This document shows, piece by piece, positions 1-9,767 of a stretch of 64,000 bases of DNA. Location of the stretch: positions 5,470-69,469 of IMG/VR virus record IMGVR_UViG_3300010361_000003. The stretch is one strand, 5' to 3'. The translations under genes were made by a program, and so were the position numbers. Within the stretch, counting starts at the first letter, position 1; every line of letters begins with the position of its first letter. Below the pieces are notes generated by a model. The model was given only the letters and a program-made list of their open reading frames with translations. It did not search any database and was not told the origin of the DNA. The stretch comes from a virus.

Positions 1-1
1 T

Positions 2-547
2 GAGGCCTTCACACTCCCCGAAGGGATGACCTTTGACGAGACCCGGCATAGCGAGGCCACGGCACTGTTTGCCGCCGACAATCTCTCGCAAGAGCGCGCC
101 CAGGCTTATGTCGACTACCACGTCGCCGAGCTCGATCGCGCCGTCAATGCCGAGCGGCAAAGCAATCACGACCATTTTGCCGAGCTACGCCAACAGTGGG
201 TGCAACAAGTCATGGCCGATCCCGAGATCGGCGGTGCCCGCCACCAGACGGCAATGACCTCGATCGCCCAGATGCGCGATCTCTTTGTCTCCTCAGCCGA
301 GCCAACCTCCGAGCGCTATGCGCAGGAGATGACCGAATTTAACAATTTTCTGCGGACCACCGGGGCCGGTGACCATCCGGCCTTTAACCGCTTTCTGCAC
401 AATGTCGCGCGCAAGTTCCAGGAACCGGCCGCGCTCTCGATCACCCCCCGGCCCCCGGCCGATATCGGTCTGCGCCCCAATGGCGCCGCCAATCGCCGCG
501 AGGCGCTTTACGGACCCGGTACCGTCAACTCGGTGAACCGCGGATGA
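2..547 (+). CDS. Capsid scaffolding protein (5'-truncated; frame open from window start)
   Basis: Immediately upstream of the major capsid gene. Frame reads EAFTLPEGM from nt 2; helical protein with GAGDHP motif and C-terminal RREALYG, as in BPP-1/APSE-type scaffolds. Confidence 0.75.
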   Translation, partial: EAFTLPEGMTFDETRHSEATALFAADNLSQERAQAYVDYHVAELDRAVNAERQSNHDHFAELRQQWVQQVMADPEIGGARHQTAMTSIAQMRDLFVSSAEPTSERYAQEMTEFNNFLRTTGAGDHPAFNRFLHNVARKFQEPAALSITPRPPADIGLRPNGAANRREALYGPGTVNSVNRG

Positions 548-561
548 TGAGGTAATAAAGG

Positions 562-1608
562 ATGGCAACCGGCCAGTGGCTAAGTATTCTTGACCTTGCC
601 CATAGGTTAGATCCCTACGGAAAGATCGATTATATTGCAGAGATGATGAGTCAGGCGAATGAGCTATGGGATGACGTGCCCTGGATGGAAGCTAATGAGG
701 TAGGCGGCCACCAGTTCACATTCCGTACAAGCATTCCGCCTGGCGCATGGCGCGCGATCAATGCCGGTGTCGCCTACGGCAAGTCAACGACAGCGCAGGC
801 GCGGGTCGGTGTCGGCTCGCTCGAAGGCTACTCACAGATCGACCGCTGGGAAGCCGAAGCCTCAGGCGATATCGACCGCTACCGCGAGTCGGAAGATGTC
901 GCGTTTATGGAGGGCATGGGCCAGACCATGACGCAGACCGAGTTTTACGGGAACTCGGTCGCCAACCCGGCCCAGTTTATGGGGCTCTCACCCTTTTACA
1001 ATACGGTCGCCACCGCCACCGCGCTCAATGCCGCCAATGTCACTGACGGGCTCGGCACCGGCAGCTCCAACCTCTCGATCTGGCTTTTGTGCTGGGGCGA
1101 GCGGACGATCCACAATGTTTATCCCCGCGGCTCGCGCGCCGGTCTGACCCACGAGAACAAGGGCGACACCGTCCCCGGATTTGACAATCTTGGCAACCGC
1201 TTTGAGGCCTATACCTCGTGGTTCCGCCATCAGGGCGCCTGTGTACCAATGGATTGGCGCTATGGCGCCCGGCTCGCCAATGTCGATGTCACCAATGCCG
1301 GGCTCGCCGGCCCCAATGCCGCCGACCTCTTTGCCCTGATGGCGCAGCTGGTCTATCTGCCGCCGACCCTCGGCAAGCGTTCCTCCGGCATCACCCGCAC
1401 CGATGCCCCCGATGAGCCCTCGCCCGGCATCCGCCCGGTCTTCTACACCAATCGCACCGGGCGCCACTGGATGGATGTCCAGGGGATGCGTGACCGCAAC
1501 GTACTACTGAGAATTGACGATTACGCGGGACGCGTGACTGACGGGTTTAGAGATATACCAATCCGCATTATAGATCAACTCCTCATATCTGAAGGTAGGG
1601 TGACCTAG
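562..1608 (+). CDS. Major capsid protein (HK97 fold, BPP-1 Bbp17/epsilon15 gp7-like)
   Basis: 348 aa with GAGG RBS. Motifs IAEMMSQANELWDDVPWMEAN, FMEGMGQ..FYGN, FMGL, SIWL..WG and FRDIPIR..DQLL..E.RV typical of this capsid family. Confidence 0.92.
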   Translation: MATGQWLSILDLAHRLDPYGKIDYIAEMMSQANELWDDVPWMEANEVGGHQFTFRTSIPPGAWRAINAGVAYGKSTTAQARVGVGSLEGYSQIDRWEAEASGDIDRYRESEDVAFMEGMGQTMTQTEFYGNSVANPAQFMGLSPFYNTVATATALNAANVTDGLGTGSSNLSIWLLCWGERTIHNVYPRGSRAGLTHENKGDTVPGFDNLGNRFEAYTSWFRHQGACVPMDWRYGARLANVDVTNAGLAGPNAADLFALMAQLVYLPPTLGKRSSGITRTDAPDEPSPGIRPVFYTNRTGRHWMDVQGMRDRNVLLRIDDYAGRVTDGFRDIPIRIIDQLLISEGRVT

Positions 1609-1610
1609 CC

Positions 1611-2156
1611 ATGATGACGGACGCCCAAGCGATCTTTGTCCCGATCAGTTCGCCGCTGACGATGTCGACTGGCACCGGCGGTGCGACCGCGACTCCATGG
1701 ATCGATCTCTTGGGGCAGGGGGTCGGCACCGCTCCGGTCGCGATTATTGGCACTACCGCCCTTTTTGGCATGGATTGGGGCATCGGTAAGCAGCAGCTTG
1801 AATTGATCGCCACAGTCTCGACCGCGTTTACGACCGGCACTGCGGCCACCCTGACCGCGCAATTCCAGGTGGCCCCCGATACCGGGTCCGCTGGCGGCTA
1901 CAATCCGGGTACTCCGGTGACCTTGCTGGAGCAGCCCGGCATCGCTGCCGCCAATCTCGGTTTGGGTGCGACCTTTGCCCGCTTTGACTGGCCGCCGGTG
2001 ATCCCGCTGACCCTGCGGCCGCGCTTTGCGCGGATGAACTTTGTTGCAGCGGCGGCGACCTCCTTTACCGCCGGGGCGATCGGCTTTGCCGGGGTCGTGC
2101 TGTGCCGCGATGATCAGGCGAACCGGCAAGCTGCGAAGAACTTTGCGGTGGCCTAG
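1611..2156 (+). CDS. Capsid cement/decoration protein (Bbp16-like)
   Basis: Directly after the capsid gene; 181 aa beta-rich; M..D start, 'IDL', 'V.TAF', 'R.F.R..F' pattern. Confidence 0.7.
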   Translation: MMTDAQAIFVPISSPLTMSTGTGGATATPWIDLLGQGVGTAPVAIIGTTALFGMDWGIGKQQLELIATVSTAFTTGTAATLTAQFQVAPDTGSAGGYNPGTPVTLLEQPGIAAANLGLGATFARFDWPPVIPLTLRPRFARMNFVAAAATSFTAGAIGFAGVVLCRDDQANRQAAKNFAVA

Positions 2157-2933
2157 ATGGCGCAGACCCGACACCTGCCGGCTGATGACGACCGCTGGAT
2201 GGATCAGGCGATCGACGGCCCGACCGAGGAAGAGATCGCCGATTTCACCCGCACCCCAGAGTTTCAGAACGCCCTGGCCGCGGCAGTCGAGAAGGCGCTC
2301 GCCGACCGCACCCAGGAGATCATCGATCGCATAACCGCGCAGCGCGGTGCCCCGGCAACGACGCAAGAGGCGGGCTTTGCCCGGGTGCTCGCCGGACAGA
2401 TCGCCGAGCTCGTTGATCAGGATCGGGTTCGCCGCGGACAGGCCGCCCGGTTGCCGGCCGAGGAGATCGAGCGCCGAACTCATGCGGCCGAGTGCATGGA
2501 AGTGCTGTTGACCGATGCTTTCGCCAAGCAAAAAGAGCCGCTCTACGATGTCATGAAGCCTTGCTACTTTGAGGAGCAGCTGATCGACCCGACATGGCAG
2601 AACCCGGCGACCAAGGTATTGATGCGGCGGCAGGTCACCTGGTATGGCGTCCCCAATGAGCAATTAAGCCCAGCCAACGAGGTCGCGCTCGCCATCTACC
2701 GAGAGTTTCTGGTGATGATCGGCGGCGAGACGCGCGCCCTCAACCGGCCCGATCTCGGGCGCAAAAAGCTGACCATCGTCGGCTCTTCGGATGTCGCCAA
2801 TTCCAGCCCCGAGCCGGTCGGCACGCCAAGGTCGATCGGCATGCTCAAGCTCAAGGGCGACACGGTGCAGGGGCAGATTTCCGAGACGAGAGTCTTGGGC
2901 ACCATAGCGGCTCCGGCAAGACAACTGGCGTGA
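2157..2933 (+). CDS. Hypothetical head-module protein
   Basis: 258 aa ORF abutting neighbours in the operon; phage-typical codon usage. Confidence 0.65.
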   Translation: MAQTRHLPADDDRWMDQAIDGPTEEEIADFTRTPEFQNALAAAVEKALADRTQEIIDRITAQRGAPATTQEAGFARVLAGQIAELVDQDRVRRGQAARLPAEEIERRTHAAECMEVLLTDAFAKQKEPLYDVMKPCYFEEQLIDPTWQNPATKVLMRRQVTWYGVPNEQLSPANEVALAIYREFLVMIGGETRALNRPDLGRKKLTIVGSSDVANSSPEPVGTPRSIGMLKLKGDTVQGQISETRVLGTIAAPARQLA

Positions 2934-2934
2934 T

Positions 2935-3618
2935 GTGGGCCAGAATGCTCAATCCGCGCTAATCTCCGGCGTCCCGGCACCGCCGCAGGGCGAGGCGGCA
3001 AATTTTGTCATCGCCAACACCGTCCCGATCACCGCCATCGGCCCGACCCAGCCCTTTCCGATCTATGGTCCGTTTAATGTCTCGCTGTGGAGTGCCGTCA
3101 ATACCGCGCTGACCATCAGCGCCGGCAATCAGACTGCGGGCCAGGGCACGGTCGCCGCGGCCACCGGGCTCGTCAACGGCATGTGGGTCAGATCGACCCT
3201 CGTGCCGCCGGGTACGACCTTTACGATCGCGACGACGACCTTGACCTTTCAGTTCTCGCCAGGCTTCACCAACGCCAATCTGGTGGTCGGCACCGACAAT
3301 AACGCGCTTTACGGGCCGACCGCGTGGGCCGGCACCAAGGCGGTGGTCGAGCGCTCGTTTGACGGCGGGTTGACCTGGCTCGCCGCCGGTCTGCCGTCCG
3401 GCAGCGGGGCGTCGGCGATCTATGAGGGCGCCAATCAGGCAACCCTCAATCCGCTCTTTACCGCCGGCATCGTAGCCCCGGTCTCGCTCAATCTGACCGA
3501 AAGCGAGCGCGGTGTGCTCTACCGGCTCAATTTCATCACCTATGCTGCGGGCAATATGTACTACCGCATCAGCGGCACCGGCCCGGCGGCAATGGCGTGG
3601 TCACCGGGAAGGGTTTGA
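2935..3618 (+). CDS. Putative virion structural protein
   Basis: Thr/Gly/Ala-rich beta protein with VERSFDGG.TW motif; lies in the head operon. Confidence 0.6.
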   Translation: MGQNAQSALISGVPAPPQGEAANFVIANTVPITAIGPTQPFPIYGPFNVSLWSAVNTALTISAGNQTAGQGTVAAATGLVNGMWVRSTLVPPGTTFTIATTTLTFQFSPGFTNANLVVGTDNNALYGPTAWAGTKAVVERSFDGGLTWLAAGLPSGSGASAIYEGANQATLNPLFTAGIVAPVSLNLTESERGVLYRLNFITYAAGNMYYRISGTGPAAMAWSPGRV

Positions 3619-3619
3619 A

Positions 3620-4087
3620 ATGATGACTGACCGTTTCGGCAAAGCCATGACGCTGGCGCCGCTGCTGTGCGCGGGGTGGTTGTGGGGTCAGGCATTGGCG
3701 CAGGCCCCGGTCGGCCGCCCCTCGGGCGGCGGCAACAACCCCGAAGACCTCGACACAATCTCAGGCCCGATGACCGCGGCGACGACGCAGACCCAGGCCG
3801 GGGCCATCGCCGGAGCCACCTGCAACTTTACGATCTGCTATGTCTCAACCGCCAATCTGAATGATGGGGTGGCGCTGCATCTCTGCCCGCTGGCACCCTC
3901 CCGAGTGACGATCATCAACGGCTCGGGCAATGCGATCAAGGTCTATGGCTCCGGCACCGACACGATTGACGGCGTCGCGACAGCGACCGGGGTAACCTTG
4001 CCCGCAGCATCGGCCACCCTCAAGGCCGGAACCGCCGAGTTCACCTGCGCAGTCGGCGGCACCGCCGCCAAATGGTTCTCCCACTGA
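3620..4087 (+). CDS. Signal-peptide-bearing virion accessory protein
   Basis: ATG at 3620; hydrophobic leader ending ALA|Q; C-terminal 'IINGSGNAIKVY..GTDTIDG...KWF' fibre-type beta domain. Confidence 0.6.
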   Translation: MMTDRFGKAMTLAPLLCAGWLWGQALAQAPVGRPSGGGNNPEDLDTISGPMTAATTQTQAGAIAGATCNFTICYVSTANLNDGVALHLCPLAPSRVTIINGSGNAIKVYGSGTDTIDGVATATGVTLPAASATLKAGTAEFTCAVGGTAAKWFSH

Positions 4088-4099
4088 GGAAGCAAAGCG

Positions 4100-4597
4100 A
4101 TGATCCCCTCGCTCAAATCCCTCGTCCCCGCATCCCTGTTGGCTGCTGGTGTCATCGGCTATGCGCTGGCGCAGTATGCCCCGGCGCCGCTGGTTCCCTC
4201 GATCAATGGCGGTGCCGATCAGGTCTCCTCGCTATTGCCCGGCGGCAACCCCAGCAATCCCGGCAAGGTGGCGCTCGCCGGTGCCATCGCATCGAGCTCC
4301 AAATATCAGAACCTCGGCGTGCTGACGACCGGACAGACCATCGCCATCGCCAACGGCACCGGCACCGCCTTTGCCCAGCCCGGCGGCACACTCGCTGCTA
4401 CGACCTTGACAATGATGCCCAATCCCGCTGACGGACAGCGCTTCTGCTATGTCTCAACGCAGACCTCGACGGCGCTGACCTTTTCCGCCAATACCGGGCA
4501 GACCGTTGATGCTGGCGTGCCCACGGCCGGGGTCGCCAAGACACCGATCTGCGTGACCTATGTCGCCACCAACGCCACATGGTACGTCTCGCCTTGA
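4100..4597 (+). CDS. Signal-peptide-bearing virion accessory protein
   Basis: Leader ending ALA|Q; C-terminal 'MP.NPADGQ...TWY' fibre-type domain. Confidence 0.65.
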   Translation: MIPSLKSLVPASLLAAGVIGYALAQYAPAPLVPSINGGADQVSSLLPGGNPSNPGKVALAGAIASSSKYQNLGVLTTGQTIAIANGTGTAFAQPGGTLAATTLTMMPNPADGQRFCYVSTQTSTALTFSANTGQTVDAGVPTAGVAKTPICVTYVATNATWYVSP

Positions 4598-4896
4598 GTT
4601 TGGCTTTGCTCTTTGGTGCGGCCGGCTGTGCCGCCGAAACCTGCTCCTGTGGCGAGTTCGCTTTTGAACGGCGCAGCACCATCGGGGGCGGAGAAGATGT
4701 CATGCCGGGGACCAAGACCGAGACGACATCGAGCGGGGCCGAGCATCGGCAGCCGACCCGTATGGGGACCAAGACCGAATCGACAAGAACCGAAACCTCG
4801 ATCACCCGCCCGACCGAGACCGGCTGGTGCTCTCTGTCGATCTCGGTGCCGCCAAACCGCAACGCCTGCGCCGTATGCTGCTAGAGATCATACGCA

Positions 4897-5355
4897 GTGG
4901 CATGCGAGTTCACGGTCAATCTCAACCTCGGTGGCGGGTTCAATGTCTATCTGCCGCCGCCCCCCGAGCCGCCGACAATCGAGGGCCGGCTGACATGGTA
5001 TTTTGGTGCGATCACCATAACAGGAGTATCGCCGATGGCGACAACCTTCCCGATTGACCAGCCGCCGATGCAGGCAAAGGTTACCTGGGTCGACAAGAGC
5101 GGAAATGCCGCGCAGGTCGATGGCCCGACGAGTTGGGCCTCTTCCGACGAGACGATCGTCACTGTCACTGTTGATCCCAATGATAGCACGGCGGCGGTGG
5201 TTACCGCAGTCGGCACCATCGGGTCTGCCCAAATCACCTCGACCGCTGATGCCATAGTCGGCACCGGTGTTCAGAATATCATCGCGATCGGCGATATCAC
5301 GACGGTCGCCGGCACCGCGGTCGCCGGATCGATCACCTTTACGCCGGGGGTTTAG
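4897..5355 (+). CDS. Ig-like (Big_2-like) domain protein
   Basis: W.SSD..IVTV....VTAVG..G.A.IT motif typical of bacterial Ig-like group 2 domains on virions. Confidence 0.6.
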   Translation: MACEFTVNLNLGGGFNVYLPPPPEPPTIEGRLTWYFGAITITGVSPMATTFPIDQPPMQAKVTWVDKSGNAAQVDGPTSWASSDETIVTVTVDPNDSTAAVVTAVGTIGSAQITSTADAIVGTGVQNIIAIGDITTVAGTAVAGSITFTPGV

Positions 5356-5514
5356 ATGACCGTTGGGGAGTTGAAGGTCTTGCTCGCCAATATCGCCGAT
5401 GAGGTCACGGTAGAGCTGATGATCGGCGGCGAGGTGACCAATTACACCGTCGATGTTGGGGCAGGCTCTTCGGTCGTCATCGCCCCGGTGGACACCGCTG
5501 AGCCGCCCGCCTGA
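5356..5514 (+). CDS. Small hypothetical protein (MTVGEL...)
   Basis: 52-aa ORF filling the gap exactly (TAGATG start, TGATG stop/start coupling); below the ORF track cutoff. Confidence 0.55.
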   Translation: MTVGELKVLLANIADEVTVELMIGGEVTNYTVDVGAGSSVVIAPVDTAEPPA

Positions 5515-5699
5515 TGCCAGCCGTCAGTGAAGCCCAGAGACGCGCGATGTTTGCCGCTGCCGCTGGCAAGAGCAACATCGGCATCCCGAAATCGGTCGGT
5601 AAGGAGTTTTCCGAGGCCGATCCCGGGGGCAAGCTCCCGGAAAAGGTCGGTGAGGAGAAGAAGAAGACCCGTCGTCAAGCACTTTATGGCAAGGATTGA
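5514..5699 (+). CDS. Small basic phage protein with C-terminal RRQALYG tag
   Basis: MP..SEAQRR.M.AAA....IGIP.SV.KEF..AD pattern common in phage head modules; ends [10 protein letters not shown]. Confidence 0.7.
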   Translation: MPAVSEAQRRAMFAAAAGKSNIGIPKSVGKEFSEADPGGKLPEKVGEEKKKTRRQALYGKD

Positions 5700-5972
5700 A
5701 TGCCCGAACCCGGTAATGGCAAGCCCGCGAACGATGACACCGAAAAAGAAAATCTCGAACTCCTCGCCAAGGAGGGGATCAAGATCGGTGGTCTTGAACG
5801 GTTGCGCAGCGAGCGATTGCGCCGCGAATTGGAGGCCAAAGGGCTTAAAGGTTTCAAGCACGGCGGCACGGTCAAAAAGACCGGGATTTATGAGCTGCAC
5901 AAGGACGAGGAAGTCATCCCGGCGGCGGCGGCCCGAAAGACCCGCCGCCAGGCACTCTACGGGAAAAGCTGA
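5700..5972 (+). CDS. Small protein, paralogue 1, F..GG.V..TG...LH..E.V.P motif plus RRQALYG tag
   Basis: Translationally coupled; shares its C-terminal half with 5972..6247. Confidence 0.7.
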   Translation: MPEPGNGKPANDDTEKENLELLAKEGIKIGGLERLRSERLRRELEAKGLKGFKHGGTVKKTGIYELHKDEEVIPAAAARKTRRQALYGKS

Positions 5973-6247
5973 TGGCCGAGAAAGGATCACGCACACCAGC
6001 GTCAAATTTGACCGCCCTCCAAAATATCTTGGATATCGAGAAAGAAGGGGGGACGACCGGAGCCTTGGCCTCCAAAGATATTACCCAAGATCTGCGGCGA
6101 GAATTGCTGCAGAAGGGCCTAAAAGGCTTCAATCGCGGCGGCACGGTGCCAAAAACGGGGATCTACAAGCTGCATAAGGATGAGGAGGTCATTCCCGCCG
6201 GACAGGCGAAGAAGTCGCGACGGCAAGCCTTGTACGGCAAGGACTGA
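5972..6247 (+). CDS. Small protein, paralogue 2, same motif plus RRQALYG tag
   Basis: LRREL..KGLKGF..GGTV.KTGIY.LHKDEEVIPA shared with the previous ORF. Confidence 0.7.
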   Translation: MAEKGSRTPASNLTALQNILDIEKEGGTTGALASKDITQDLRRELLQKGLKGFNRGGTVPKTGIYKLHKDEEVIPAGQAKKSRRQALYGKD

Positions 6248-6255
6248 GTGATGCG

Positions 6256-6981
6256 ATGGCCCAGACAGCGCGCAGCAATGGAGGGCTGACCGAGGCCGCC
6301 AACAGCAATCTGCCCCGCGGCCCCGGCTTTATGGGCGAGGGGCATCCCATTCTCAATGGGATGCGGGATTACGCGTTTCGTCTGCGGGTGCGCTACCCGC
6401 CGCCACCGCCGCTGCCTCCGATACCGCTCTGGGTGCCGCCGCCACGGCCACCGGCACCGCCGCCTCCCCGACCGATCATCCTTGAGGTCACCTTCGTGCA
6501 GCCGAGCCCCGCAGCCATTACCTATCCTGGTTTCCAGCCGGGCCAGCTTAAAGGCAATGAGACGCTGGTGGTCCAGGCCATGGATGTCGAAGGCAACCCC
6601 AATGATCAGGCTTTCCCGACCACGGTCGCGCAGATCGCCGCCCTGGCGAGTGGCCCGGCTCCTGGTGGCGGCGCTCTTACCGGCCAACTCTACACCTCAA
6701 ATGCCTCGCCGCTGATCCTGCCGGCGGTCACCAATGTCCTGACCATCATCAACCAGGCGACCCCGGCCCCGCTGACCATCCAGCTGCCGCCAAATCCCGG
6801 CAACGATATGTATTTAGGGATCAAGGATGGCGGTCAGAACTTTGCTGCCAATCCGGTGACGGTGGTGACGACCGATGGCAGCCAGATTTTCACCGATCAC
6901 CCGATACCGACAATGACGCTGAATATCACCGGCATGGGCATCTATTTTCTCTCGCATGGCTCGCTATGGTACGCGACCTAG
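6256..6981 (+). CDS. Pro-rich virion accessory protein with fibre-type C-terminal domain
   Basis: Poly-Pro linker; C-terminal 'LP..P......IKD....A.N.V.V...G....W' module. Confidence 0.6.
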   Translation: MAQTARSNGGLTEAANSNLPRGPGFMGEGHPILNGMRDYAFRLRVRYPPPPPLPPIPLWVPPPRPPAPPPPRPIILEVTFVQPSPAAITYPGFQPGQLKGNETLVVQAMDVEGNPNDQAFPTTVAQIAALASGPAPGGGALTGQLYTSNASPLILPAVTNVLTIINQATPAPLTIQLPPNPGNDMYLGIKDGGQNFAANPVTVVTTDGSQIFTDHPIPTMTLNITGMGIYFLSHGSLWYAT

Positions 6982-7289
6982 CTGTGATCTCGGTCCTGTG
7001 GGCCACCCCGGCACTCGCGCAGGCGGTCCCTCCTGCGTGCGCGCCCAACACCCCGTATGAGTATTGCGGGCTCATTGTGCAGCGCAACAACGCTGAGAAC
7101 GATGTGATCAACGAACAAGCCACGCGCCACCGCGAGGGCGACTACTGGGCGCGCTGGGTACAGGGCGATCTTGACAAGGCGGCGTGGTGGCAGCGCTACG
7201 ACGAAGGCGTGGCGTTGAAGGAGAAAGAGGCGGCGGCGGCGGCCGAAACTCGGGCCGCCCGAGCCGCTGAGAAAGGAGCTCGACGGTGA
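6966..7289 (+). CDS. Hypothetical exported protein
   Basis: Leader ending ALA|Q, a Cys pair, helical C-terminus. Confidence 0.5.
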   Translation: MVRDLAVISVLWATPALAQAVPPACAPNTPYEYCGLIVQRNNAENDVINEQATRHREGDYWARWVQGDLDKAAWWQRYDEGVALKEKEAAAAAETRAARAAEKGARR

Positions 7290-8164
7290 GAAAGATTGCG
7301 GCTCTGCTGGCCGGGCTGTTGCTGACGCAGCCGGCGTTTGCCGCCTACTACCCGACCCCGGTCACGGTCAATGCTGGCGGCACCGGGGCCACCACCTTGA
7401 CCGCACATGGCGTGCTGCTTGGCGAGGGCACCAGTGCCGTCGTCGCGGTCACCCCGGTCGCCGATGCCGCGATCGTCTATACCGGTGGGGCCTCGGCCGA
7501 TCCGACCGCGATTGCGGTCGGCAACTGCGCCAACGCGCTGACCTATTCGACCTCGACGCACACCTTTGGTTGCGCCAACCCGACCCAGCACGCGATCGTC
7601 ATCGGCGGGGCCTCGGGTGCCGCCTTCTCGACCTTGGCCAATGTCGCTGATTCGGTCGTCGTCTTTGGTGCCACCGCTACCGATCCGACCACCGCAGGCA
7701 CATCGGCGACTGCCGATTCGGTGCTCGGATGGGCGGCTGCCGGCACCACCCCTGCACCGCTGGCGCTGCTCAGCTGCTCAAGCGGCTCCTCGGCGCTGAC
7801 CTACAATACCGGCACCCATGTTTTTGGCTGCAACTCGATCACCGGCTCGGGCTCGGTCGCGGTCAATGTGCTGACCGCAGCGGGTCCATTCACGCTCTCA
7901 AGCACCTATGACACGGTCAACATCTCGCGCATGGGCACGCCAGCGGCGGCAACCTATAACCTGCCAAGTGCGGTCACCGCAGGCAACGGCTTTCGCGGCT
8001 GTCTCAAGGACGATACGACGAATTTTGCCACCAATACCGCATCAATTAAATCGCCGACTGCAGGCAATATCGATGGCACTACTGGGTCAACCGGCATCAC
8101 CTTCACCGTGCAGCGCGGGCAGATCTGCTACGTCAGCGACGGCAGCAATTGGTTTCTAAACTGA
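7286..8164 (+). CDS. Signal-peptide-bearing fibre-like protein
   Basis: MRKIAALLAGLLLTQPAFA|AYYP; V..GGTGA fibre motif; internal repeat C...ALTY.T.TH.FGC; C-terminal 'LP....G....KD...IDG...SDGSNW'. Confidence 0.7.
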   Translation: MRKIAALLAGLLLTQPAFAAYYPTPVTVNAGGTGATTLTAHGVLLGEGTSAVVAVTPVADAAIVYTGGASADPTAIAVGNCANALTYSTSTHTFGCANPTQHAIVIGGASGAAFSTLANVADSVVVFGATATDPTTAGTSATADSVLGWAAAGTTPAPLALLSCSSGSSALTYNTGTHVFGCNSITGSGSVAVNVLTAAGPFTLSSTYDTVNISRMGTPAAATYNLPSAVTAGNGFRGCLKDDTTNFATNTASIKSPTAGNIDGTTGSTGITFTVQRGQICYVSDGSNWFLN

Positions 8165-8593
8165 ATGCGTTGGCTACTCGCCCTTGTTCTGCTGCTGCTC
8201 AGCATTGGCTCGCTGGGGCCAGCGGGCGATGCCGCCTATTACCCGGCTTCCGCCGGATGCACATTGCAGATCGCCGTCAGCCAGACCGCATCGACCGATG
8301 TTAAGACGTTCACTAATAATGGCTACATATGCCTTATCTATCTTCACTCCGACACGGCACAGTTTGTTTCGATCGTTCAGGGTACTGGCACAACCTGTGC
8401 GACGAGCACGGTGGCGTTGGTCGGGGCGACAACTGCGGCGAACGGTATGTCGTTTGCTGGCAATGCAGGTACCGTGGTTCCGATGCCAGCGGGTAGCAAT
8501 ATCAAGACCACCACCACAGCGCAGCACCTCTGCATCCTGCAGAGCGGCAGCGGCCGACTATCCGGCGTTATTAGCTATCTGGATGCACCATAA
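8165..8593 (+). CDS. Exported Cys-containing beta protein
   Basis: Hydrophobic leader, mature start AYYP as in 7286..8164; four Cys. Confidence 0.65.
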   Translation: MRWLLALVLLLLSIGSLGPAGDAAYYPASAGCTLQIAVSQTASTDVKTFTNNGYICLIYLHSDTAQFVSIVQGTGTTCATSTVALVGATTAANGMSFAGNAGTVVPMPAGSNIKTTTTAQHLCILQSGSGRLSGVISYLDAP

Positions 8594-8986
8594 ATGGCTG
8601 ATACTCCAAATACGCTTACGATTAACGTTCTAAACAACATCGCGCTGATCATGGACGCGTTGAGCGCCGCGTTTATCAATGCACAGTCGGCCAATCAGCA
8701 ATGGACCCAGGCTAATCTCGGCACCTTCGTGAGCGGGTTCACGACTGCTCCGTTGCAGGCTGACGGTCTACAGTCAACGACGGCTGACCCTAACCCGGTC
8801 GCAACAAATCCGGTACTAGCGTCGAAGTACGTGTTGCTCAGCCGTGCGCTCTCTGCCAATGACTGGAATTTAGCGATGCAGTTCATCGGGCAGTTCATCA
8901 CTTTTATGCAAGGCAACAGTGCCGTGTATGCGAGTGCCCCTGAAGTTTTCGCCAAGTTTGTCGTCCAGCCGCCAATGGCCCAATGA
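8594..8986 (+). CDS. Hypothetical protein
   Basis: 130 aa, coupled to both neighbours. Confidence 0.55.
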   Translation: MADTPNTLTINVLNNIALIMDALSAAFINAQSANQQWTQANLGTFVSGFTTAPLQADGLQSTTADPNPVATNPVLASKYVLLSRALSANDWNLAMQFIGQFITFMQGNSAVYASAPEVFAKFVVQPPMAQ

Positions 8987-9726
8987 TCTGCTGGCTCCTC
9001 ATACTATTGCTGCTGGCGACGCCGGCAAGGGCGGCGTGGGTACAAGGCAAACTCGGCGCGATCGGGGCTTCTGGGAGCACAACTGCGGCGACGGTGTCTT
9101 TCACTGCGACGGTAGGTGCTGGCAATACGGTAGTTGGAGCGATATTCGCGGGGCTCACTAACTTTGGCACGGTTACGTTCACGATTACTGATGATAAAAG
9201 CAATACGTACATTCCGGTGGCACCGAGGGTTGTTCCCTCAGGAGCCCCTGGAATGCAGATGTTTGCGCTCTACAACATACGTAATGCTCCGCAGACGATC
9301 ACAATAACTCCAAGCGTGGCGGTTGACTTTCTACAGGGAGTTGCAGACGAGTATTCTGGTACGTTAGTTATCGATGCCGCTACAGCACAATCATTAGTGG
9401 GTCCTGGCACACTCCCTAATGTCATCACTTCTGGAACCGTTACGACGAAGCAGCCGAGCGATATTGTATGGGGGATACAGGGAAACCAAAACGGAGTGTT
9501 GACACCCGCTGTTGGCACTGGCTTTACGCAACGTACGAAGAGCGTGAGTTCTGGTAGTGATTGGGGGGAGTTTAGTGAGGATCTAACGCTCACCACTCCC
9601 GGTGCGACGGCAGCGACTTACACCGATACAACGAATAGTAATGCCTCATTCCTATACTATACGATTGGCGTCATTACGTTGCGGCCGTTTTGCCAGCGCG
9701 GCGCGTTAATGGGGGTTGGCTGCTGA
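8983..9726 (+). CDS. Exported Thr-rich beta-sandwich (adhesin-like) protein
   Basis: Leader ending ARA|A; more A/T-rich codons; domain shared with the C-terminus of 32462..33892; ends LMGVGC. Confidence 0.65.
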   Translation: MICWLLILLLLATPARAAWVQGKLGAIGASGSTTAATVSFTATVGAGNTVVGAIFAGLTNFGTVTFTITDDKSNTYIPVAPRVVPSGAPGMQMFALYNIRNAPQTITITPSVAVDFLQGVADEYSGTLVIDAATAQSLVGPGTLPNVITSGTVTTKQPSDIVWGIQGNQNGVLTPAVGTGFTQRTKSVSSGSDWGEFSEDLTLTTPGATAATYTDTTNSNASFLYYTIGVITLRPFCQRGALMGVGC

Positions 9727-9767
9727 TGGCCGGACAGCATCTGACAATCGTGGATCTCAAGAGCAGG

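Noticed and set aside
1605-2663. Long antisense ORFs (also 26390..27280, 13313..14089 and others)
   Set aside because: Shadow frames of high-GC genes, with no motifs or RBS.
3295-3320. NNALYGP in 2935..3618 and LAGLYGP in 28734..29096 as extra capsid tags
   Set aside because: Both lack the RR(E/Q) part and the first is internal; probably chance.
4579-4884. Cys-rich lipoprotein (LFGAAGC)
   Set aside because: Competing overlapping frames, no clear RBS and no recognisable domain; left uncalled.
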